Shown here one piece after another: positions 57,607-64,000 of a DNA stretch of 64,000 bases. Origin of the DNA: an uncultured Gammaproteobacteria bacterium (lineage in GTDB: Bacteria > Patescibacteriota > Microgenomatia > Levybacterales > UBA12049); contig CAZEJU010000005.1 of NCBI GenBank assembly GCA_964512695.1, positions 5,668 to 69,667 on the forward strand. Reading direction: 5' to 3'. Under the pieces are notes generated by a model. The model had not been told where the DNA came from. It made no database searches and was given only the letters and a program-made list of their open reading frames with translations. The position numbers and the translations under genes were made by a program. Each line of letters starts with the position of its first letter. Position 1 is the first letter of the stretch.

Positions 57607-59439
57607 ATGATTTCCTCCGCAGACATAGTAAAAAAATATATCCAATTCTTTAAAGATCGAGGACATACGCAAATCCCAAACTCTCCACTCGTGCTTCAAA
57701 ATGATCCAACAACATTGTTTACAAGTTCAGGTATGCAACCTCTTGTCCCCTACCTCCTCGGTGAACCACATCCACAAGGTACGCGGTTAGTGAATGTACA
57801 AAACGCCATACGAACTCAAGATATTGAAGAAGTCGGTGATAATAGGCACACAACTTTTTTCCGTATGTTAGGGAACTGGTCATTAGGAGACTACTTCAAA
57901 AAAGAAGAAATCCCATGGTTTTGGGATTTTCTCACAAAAGAATTGCAATTGCCTAAGGATAAATTATACATTACAGTGTTCGAAGGCAGAGGTGATATTC
58001 CACAAGATGAAGAAGCAGTATCTATCTGGAAAGATATTCTTTTGAAAGAAGGACTCAATACTGAAGATAAAATTTATTATTACAGTGATAAAAGCAATTG
58101 GTGGTCACGAGCAGGTGTTCCTGAGAAAATGCCTACTGGTGAACCCGGTGGTCCTTCAAGCGAAGTATTTTATGAATTTACACAGGTAGAACATAATCCA
58201 AAATTTGGAGAAAAATGTCACCCGAATTGCGATTGTGGAAGATTTATGGAAATAGGAAATTCTGTTTTCATGCAGTATGTAAAGCAAGAAAACGGATCTT
58301 TCAAACCATTACCGAAAAATAATATTGATTTTGGAGGTGGTCTCGAAAGAATTGCAGCAGCTGTTTATGACACACCTGATGTATTTATGACCGATTTGTA
58401 TTTACCAATTATTCAAACAGTAGAAAAGAGTGCCAAAAAAACATATACAGATGAAAATAATAAAGCAATGCGTGTTATTGTTGACCATATAAAAGCAGCA
58501 ACATTTCTAATCGTTGATGATGTTCAACCATCTAACAAAGAACATGGGTATGTCCTGAGGAGATTACTTAGAAGAGCAGCTGTTAAAATGTATGAACTTA
58601 ATAACAATAAACTTTCGCCTGATTTATTCCATCCGGCAATACAAGCAGTTTTAGATATAGAAGAAAAAGTAGGAGACAATGTTTCATTAGAAAAACATGA
58701 ACAAGCAGTTCTTCAAGTTATTGATGATGAAATAAACAGATTTAGTAAAACACTCGAACGTGGTTTGAGGGAAGTAGAGAAAAACATTAATACTATTGAT
58801 GAAAAAGCGTTCGACTTATATCAATCATATGGATTTCCATTTGAACTGTTAGAAGAAATTGTTCACGAAAAAGGAAAAACTGTCGATAAGGAACGATTCC
58901 AAAAGCAATTGCAGCATCATAGAAGTCAGTCACGGACTGCCTCATCAGGTAAATTTAAAGGAGGATTAGCTGATCATCAAGAAAGAACTATCATGGGCCA
59001 TACAGCGACACACCTTATGCATCAGGCTTTAAGAGATGTTCTCGGAAATCATGTACACCAAACTGGATCCAATATTACGACAGAAAGAATTCGTTTTGAT
59101 TTTAATTACGATCAAAAACTAACAGATGAACAGATCGACAAAGTCGAGAATATTGTAAATGAAAAAATTAAAGAGAACTTGCCAGTCCATTTTGAAATGA
59201 TTCCAACAGAACAAGCCAAACAAATGGGAGCTATAGGACTTTTCGAAGACACATATACCGAAACATCAAAAATTTACTTTATAGGAGACACATCTACAAC
59301 CTACGCAAATGCTTATTCAATCGAATTTTGTGGCGGACCACACGTCGATTTTACAGGAAAGCTAAAATCGTTTAAAATTATAAAACAAGAAAGTCTTGGG
59401 AAAAACCAGAAAAGACTATATGCTGTAGTAAGTAGTTAA
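57607..59439 (+). CDS. alaS: Alanyl-tRNA synthetase, short form (catalytic + tRNA-recognition + editing domains; no C-Ala domain)
   Basis: Class II AlaRS N-terminal motifs (FFKDRGHTQIPNSPLV.NDPTLFTSSGM; RHTTFFRMLGNWSLGDYFKKE). Editing-domain Zn motifs HTATHLMH and CGGPHV. Only 610 aa. Confidence 0.85.
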   Translation: MISSADIVKKYIQFFKDRGHTQIPNSPLVLQNDPTTLFTSSGMQPLVPYLLGEPHPQGTRLVNVQNAIRTQDIEEVGDNRHTTFFRMLGNWSLGDYFKKEEIPWFWDFLTKELQLPKDKLYITVFEGRGDIPQDEEAVSIWKDILLKEGLNTEDKIYYYSDKSNWWSRAGVPEKMPTGEPGGPSSEVFYEFTQVEHNPKFGEKCHPNCDCGRFMEIGNSVFMQYVKQENGSFKPLPKNNIDFGGGLERIAAAVYDTPDVFMTDLYLPIIQTVEKSAKKTYTDENNKAMRVIVDHIKAATFLIVDDVQPSNKEHGYVLRRLLRRAAVKMYELNNNKLSPDLFHPAIQAVLDIEEKVGDNVSLEKHEQAVLQVIDDEINRFSKTLERGLREVEKNINTIDEKAFDLYQSYGFPFELLEEIVHEKGKTVDKERFQKQLQHHRSQSRTASSGKFKGGLADHQERTIMGHTATHLMHQALRDVLGNHVHQTGSNITTERIRFDFNYDQKLTDEQIDKVENIVNEKIKENLPVHFEMIPTEQAKQMGAIGLFEDTYTETSKIYFIGDTSTTYANAYSIEFCGGPHVDFTGKLKSFKIIKQESLGKNQKRLYAVVSS

Positions 59440-59523
59440 AAGTTTAACGTGCGAAGTCTAAAACTAATCTGACTGTAATAACTATAACTTTTCACAATTA
59501 ACTTTTAACTTTAAAATTTCTTT

Positions 59524-61860
59524 ATGAACCTGCCCATCAAATTACCTATTTTCGGAAAAAAAATTAAAGTCGAATATTTCCTCGCCTTACTATTACGTGA
59601 TGAAAAAGTAACAGCCATTACATTTAAACAGAGTGGAGGAGTTATTACCATCATAGGTACCGCTGACGAACAACTACAGGATTCTCTTGAACAAACAAGC
59701 ATCGATGATCTCACGAATGCATTAGATAAAGCAATTAGTCATGCTGAAGAAAAAATTCCTGAAGATATTCAGACACAAAATACCGTTTTTGGAGTTAAAG
59801 AAAGTTGGGTTGAAGAAAAAACGATTAAAAAAGATTACCTTAAAAAATTAAAGTATGTTTCTGAAAAATTGAATCTAGTTCCTATTGGCTTCATCGTTCT
59901 TTCTGAAGCGATAGCACATTTAATAAACGAAGAAGAAGGCGCTCCACTATCCGCATTACTAACTGATATAGGTACACGCACGGTTACTGTTAGTTTATTT
60001 CGAGCAGGGAAACTTATTGAAACAAAATATAAAAATATAGAAACAACAGCAATGGAAGCTGTTGATAGGGCATTAAAAGAATTTGAGCGTGTAGAAATAT
60101 TCCCATCACGAGTTATTCTCTTCCATGCAGTTCCCTCACATGAAACACATAAGAATGATGTATTAGCTCAAGAATTTATCGCTCATCAATGGAGTAAAGG
60201 ATTACCATTTCTTCATGTTCCACAGATTTCAATTTTGCCTTCAGGATTTGATGGAAAAGCTATTGTGGCAGGTGCTGCAACGCAACTTGGTTTTTCACTA
60301 TCCGGGATTACTATTGCTAATCATTCAGATATTCAGACAGTTCAACAAAGAGATTTAGAACACCATAGCCGAAAACATCACAGTCCAGACACTTCGGAAG
60401 AAAATGAAACGAAAGATATAAAACAAAGTGTAGAAGATAATGTTACCCCTGATAATTTCGGTTTTGTAATGAATAAAGATATATTAATTGATAAGATTGA
60501 AGAAACGGATAAAGCAGATCTACAAGATACTACTACACAAAACCCTCGTGAAGAATTAGAGAATAGAGAATTACACAATGAGGTTGAAGCTCATGAAGAA
60601 TTAGTTGAAGAATCAGAACATGAAACTTCTACAAGTAAGAAGAAACTTTTTTCCTTTCCAAAATTCCTTCCAAGTTTTGCATTACTAAAAAATAGACATC
60701 TTCCTTTTACAGACAAAATTTCTATAAAAAACCGTGTTTTATTTATACCTCCTTTTATTTTATTAGGGGTAATAGGATTATTGCTCCTCTATATGTTTAC
60801 AGTTAAGGCTACTGTTACACTAGGAATTGTCCCTATACAAGCTGATGAAACAACAAAGATTACATTCGTATTAGCAGAAGAAAACAACTTCGAACAAAAT
60901 AGTATAAAAGCAACACCTATAACAGCAGAACTTGAAGGGTCTGTTAGCACTGAAACTACAGGAGAAAAAGAAGTAGGAAATAAAGCAAAAGGAACCGTTA
61001 CTATATATAATAGTGGAAGTTCGAAACGAACGCTCAAAGAAGGAACCACTGTCACTTCAGATAACGGTCTCAGCTATATTACAGATAAAGAGATAAGCGT
61101 TGCATCTGCATCTGGAGATATTTTTTCGGGAATTAAGTCCGGAACAGCACAAGTAGCTATTACTGCAAAAAAAATAGGAACTGAATATAACTTACCTTCT
61201 AATACTAAATTTAGTATTGAAGGAGCAACCGACGTTGCAGCAAAAAATGATGCGGCGTTTTCAGGTGGATCAAAAAAGAAAGTAACTGTGGTTACGAAAA
61301 AAGATACCGATAAACTTCTCGCTGAATTACCAAAAAAGTTAGAAGAGAATGCGAAACAAACCCTCACTGGTAAACTAGGAAATGATGAAGTGTTAATAGG
61401 AGATTTTAGAGAAATTGAAATAACGAAGAAGACATTCGATAAGGATATTGATGAAGAAGCTAAAACTGTAAATCTTAAAGGTACAGTTATCTTTACAACG
61501 TATATGTACAACCGTAGTAATATGCAAGATTTCATCAAATCACTTTTATCGAAAAAATATTCGGATGGAAACTATAACTTTAATGAAGATTTTTCTGTAA
61601 ATATATCAGGCATTAAAAAGGTCGACGATACGGAAATAACAAGTGTAGCAGAGATAAAAACTGGACTTATTCCTAAATTAGATACAAAGGCTATAGCTAA
61701 AAATCTGGCAGGTAAATCTTTCAGTCAAGCTCAAGAGTATAGTAAGTCCCTAAAACAAGTTCAACAACTCCGTATACAACTCCATCCTGACTTACCGCTT
61801 ATTCCTAAACTACTTCCTCGTTTGGATAAAAATATAACAGTTGTTATTCAACCAAACTAA
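59524..61860 (+). CDS. Hypothetical bitopic protein (~400-aa cytoplasmic N-domain, one TM helix, ~360-aa extracytoplasmic C-domain)
   Basis: Single TM helix (VLFIPPFILLGVIGLLLLYMFTV) with an acidic low-complexity segment before it. The N-terminal sequence pattern loosely resembles that of the 25879..26967 protein. Confidence 0.45.
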   Translation: MNLPIKLPIFGKKIKVEYFLALLLRDEKVTAITFKQSGGVITIIGTADEQLQDSLEQTSIDDLTNALDKAISHAEEKIPEDIQTQNTVFGVKESWVEEKTIKKDYLKKLKYVSEKLNLVPIGFIVLSEAIAHLINEEEGAPLSALLTDIGTRTVTVSLFRAGKLIETKYKNIETTAMEAVDRALKEFERVEIFPSRVILFHAVPSHETHKNDVLAQEFIAHQWSKGLPFLHVPQISILPSGFDGKAIVAGAATQLGFSLSGITIANHSDIQTVQQRDLEHHSRKHHSPDTSEENETKDIKQSVEDNVTPDNFGFVMNKDILIDKIEETDKADLQDTTTQNPREELENRELHNEVEAHEELVEESEHETSTSKKKLFSFPKFLPSFALLKNRHLPFTDKISIKNRVLFIPPFILLGVIGLLLLYMFTVKATVTLGIVPIQADETTKITFVLAEENNFEQNSIKATPITAELEGSVSTETTGEKEVGNKAKGTVTIYNSGSSKRTLKEGTTVTSDNGLSYITDKEISVASASGDIFSGIKSGTAQVAITAKKIGTEYNLPSNTKFSIEGATDVAAKNDAAFSGGSKKKVTVVTKKDTDKLLAELPKKLEENAKQTLTGKLGNDEVLIGDFREIEITKKTFDKDIDEEAKTVNLKGTVIFTTYMYNRSNMQDFIKSLLSKKYSDGNYNFNEDFSVNISGIKKVDDTEITSVAEIKTGLIPKLDTKAIAKNLAGKSFSQAQEYSKSLKQVQQLRIQLHPDLPLIPKLLPRLDKNITVVIQPN

Positions 61861-61875
61861 GAACAATCATGAAAT

Positions 61876-62601
61876 ATGCCTTATATCTATAAAAAACATG
61901 ATAAACAAAAGACAAGAAAGAAAGTTAGATATGCTGGGTTGAGTCTTTTTGTCTTTGGTTTGATGCTACTTTTATATATCTCCTTCCCACTCATCTCATG
62001 GGCTTTCATTTTCGAGCCTGCTTTTGCATCGGGCTCAATGCAGTCCCCTATACCACGAGCAACTGTACTCCATAAAGACGCTATAAAAACACTTATAGCT
62101 TCAGCAGTAGATTCATTTAGTAAAGATTATACAGATGCACAGAACTGGTTTCCTTCATATGTTCTTCATAAAGAAAAAACTGATTCTATAATTACAACCT
62201 ATAACCTAAGTATCCCAAAAATAGGCGTCAAATATGCAAACGTTTCAACGGTAGATACAGATTTGTCAAAACACCTTGTACATTACCCGGGTACTCCTCT
62301 TCCCTCTAAAAAGGGAAACGCAGTCATCTTTGGGCATTCCACATTACCTGGGCTTTTTAATCCCACGGATTATAAAACTATTTTCGCCAAAGCACATACT
62401 CTAAAAATTGGTGATACATTTTTAATCACCATGAATGCGAAAGAGTATAACTACCAAATTGAGAATATTACTATTACAACTCCTGACGACACGTCTATAT
62501 TTTTTCAAATGACAGATGCCAGCTATCTTACACTTGTTACATGTACACCTCCTGGAACTACATGGAAGCGGCTTATCATTAAAGCGAAGCTTATACAGTA
62601 A
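61876..62601 (+). CDS. Sortase-family transpeptidase
   Basis: N-terminal TM anchor, the His motif (AVIFGHSTLPG), catalytic TLxTC (YLTLVTCTPPG) and a downstream Arg (WKR). Confidence 0.65.
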   Translation: MPYIYKKHDKQKTRKKVRYAGLSLFVFGLMLLLYISFPLISWAFIFEPAFASGSMQSPIPRATVLHKDAIKTLIASAVDSFSKDYTDAQNWFPSYVLHKEKTDSIITTYNLSIPKIGVKYANVSTVDTDLSKHLVHYPGTPLPSKKGNAVIFGHSTLPGLFNPTDYKTIFAKAHTLKIGDTFLITMNAKEYNYQIENITITTPDDTSIFFQMTDASYLTLVTCTPPGTTWKRLIIKAKLIQ

Positions 62602-62794
62602 CTGGTGACATTTTCAAGATAGTTTTGTAGAATAAGACGTATGCAACAACCAAGTAGATTTAGAATTCTTTTAAAAGATATCTGGCCAATTATCTATAAA
62701 GTTATTAATAATGTATTCTATTTCATAATTAATCTTATTAAATCAACGGTTAGAGATATATTCCGAATGATTAAGACAGGGGGAACGGGATAAG

Positions 62795-64000
62795 ATGGAT
62801 AGGAAAGCACTTGTATTAGAAGCAATACAAAAAAAACTTACAGGAAAAACTCTCACATATAAAGAAATTCTAGCAATCATGGATGAAATCGCTCATAAGC
62901 GACTTGGAGATATTCTTACTACTTACTTTGCTGCTTCTGGATATTCTAAAGGGTTTACTGACGAAGAGTTATATTACTTAACGAAAGCAATGGTAGAAAC
63001 TGGAGAACATTTAAAATTTCCAGGTATAGTGGCAGATAAACATTCTATCGGAGGTGTCCCAGGTACTAGAACAACAATGATTGTTGTACCTATTATAGCT
63101 GCTGCAGGATTTACAATACCGAAAAATTCCTCCCGTGCTATTACAACTCCAGGTGGCACTGCTGACGATATGGAAGTACTTGCGCCTGTCACGTTTGACA
63201 AAGAAGGCATTTATAAAATTGTTGAAAAAGCCAATGCTTGTATTGTGTGGGGTGGCGGCGTAGATATCGCACCTGCAGATGATGTGCTTATCAAAGTTGA
63301 AGAACCATTAATGTTTGAAAGTTTTGATAAAATCCTGGTTTCAATTATGGCAAAAAAAATTGCTTTTGGTTCTACCCATGTTGTTATAGATCTTCCATAT
63401 GGTGATCACGTAAAAGTACATAATCAACAAGACGCGGAACTTGTAAAAGAAAAATTCGAAAAATTAGCTAAACGATTTTCGATTAAAATAAGAGTTCGAA
63501 TTCATAAAACTCAAGAACCCGCTGGCCGAGGCATAGGACCCTTGTTAGAAGCTAAAGAAGCTTTAAAAGTCCTTGAACAGCATCGAGACAGGCCCTTAGA
63601 TTTAGAACAGCGTTCTATATCTCTGGCTTCTGAGTTACTTGATCTATGTTTGAATGATGCTACGCAAAGTAAGAAAGAAGAAATTCACAAGGAATTTAAT
63701 ACCCCTGACAAATGGGCACGGCACATCCTTTCTACAGGACAAGCACATAAGAAAATGCTTGAAATTATAGAAGCTCAAGGAGGCAATGCAAATATCGAAA
63801 GTACAGACTTACTTCCTGGTAAAGAATCTTATAATATTTTAGCAAAGAAAAAATGTCGTATAGAAAAACTAAACAGTAAAAATATTTCTATAATTGCAAA
63901 GATTCTGGGATGTCCAGCTGAAAAAAAAGCCGGTATATATCTACATAATAAAATTGGAGACACGGCGCAAGAAGGTGAAGTCTTATATACCTTGTATGCT
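62795..64000 (+). CDS. AMP phosphorylase / thymidine phosphorylase family protein (DeoA-like), 3'-partial (continues beyond the window)
   Basis: Hand translation from the ATG at 62795 (SD GGGGGAACGGGATAAG). Motifs HSIGGVPGTRTT and TTPGGTADDMEVLAPV correspond to the phosphate/nucleoside-binding loops of the family. No stop before 64000. Confidence 0.75.
   Translation, partial: MDRKALVLEAIQKKLTGKTLTYKEILAIMDEIAHKRLGDILTTYFAASGYSKGFTDEELYYLTKAMVETGEHLKFPGIVADKHSIGGVPGTRTTMIVVPIIAAAGFTIPKNSSRAITTPGGTADDMEVLAPVTFDKEGIYKIVEKANACIVWGGGVDIAPADDVLIKVEEPLMFESFDKILVSIMAKKIAFGSTHVVIDLPYGDHVKVHNQQDAELVKEKFEKLAKRFSIKIRVRIHKTQEPAGRGIGPLLEAKEALKVLEQHRDRPLDLEQRSISLASELLDLCLNDATQSKKEEIHKEFNTPDKWARHILSTGQAHKKMLEIIEAQGGNANIESTDLLPGKESYNILAKKKCRIEKLNSKNISIIAKILGCPAEKKAGIYLHNKIGDTAQEGEVLYTLYA

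Noticed and set aside
60378-61538. Three minus-strand ORFs (66-154 aa)
   Set aside because: They are antisense shadows within the 778-aa + strand gene (59524..61860), with Ser/Phe-rich low-complexity translations.
62641-62793. 50-aa + strand ORF (MQQPSRFRILLKDIWPIIYKVINNVFYFIINLIKSTVRDIFRMIKTGGTG) ending 1 nt before the DeoA start
   Set aside because: It sits plausibly for translational coupling, but it has no motif and no obvious SD, and it is below the ORF-track threshold. Not reported as a feature.
62974-63210. 78-aa minus-strand ORF
   Set aside because: It is antisense to the DeoA-like gene (62795..64000), whose phosphorylase motifs are clear.

Overview
This is a low-GC (~35%), densely coding window read with the standard genetic code: long ORFs are intact and an RF2 gene with GGQ/SPF motifs is present, so UGA is a stop. 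By inference it comes from a small-genome fermentative bacterium resembling Patescibacteria/CPR (L-LDH, PFK, type IV pilus, sortase, AMP-phosphorylase-like DeoA, many PT-rich secreted proteins); no taxonomic search was possible. 

Housekeeping genes recognised from motifs are prfB, secA, serS, rpsT, murJ, groES, groEL, lepA, alaS (short form), an RsmB-like methyltransferase, an HhH-GPD glycosylase, L-LDH, a D-2-hydroxyacid dehydrogenase and PFK. There is also a glycogen block (malQ, alpha-glucan phosphorylase, glgA). 

Regions worth a second look:
1. An ~11 kb minus-strand supercluster (27001..37967). It contains a Zn-ribbon-PAS protein, then an unusual sensor kinase with a ferredoxin-NADP-reductase-like FAD/NAD module fused to PAS-PAS-HisKA-HATPase. 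Four tandem CheY-like receiver-only genes follow, one of which has lost its AUG start. The cluster ends with pilB, pilC and five prepilin-type genes, including a 502-aa pilin-headed beta-propeller-repeat adhesin candidate.
2. A minus-strand operon (50598..57353). It encodes a 1126-aa polytopic membrane protein that carries an internally duplicated alpha-helical repeat module. Two paralogous subtilisin (S8) proteases follow it and share a Cys-containing C-terminal motif.
3. Three secreted proteins (1..130, 205..1086, 47517..48725) share an N-terminal signal-anchor motif: a hydrophobic helix followed by Q-Q-Q-D/E-L/T-R-S/Q-Q-A.
4. A 616-bp gap between secA and serS (40897..41512). It holds a GC-rich structured element, a 19-aa Lys-rich micro-ORF with a strong SD, a palindrome and a clean rho-independent terminator.
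5. A dTDP-3-amino-3,6-dideoxyhexose-type sugar module (FdtA-like cupin and DegT aminotransferase, 18980..20504) sits next to a GT4 glycosyltransferase and a FemAB/GNAT-like gene, and beside them lies a kynurenine-3-monooxygenase-like FAD monooxygenase.

No CRISPR array, rRNA or tRNA was detected by eye.
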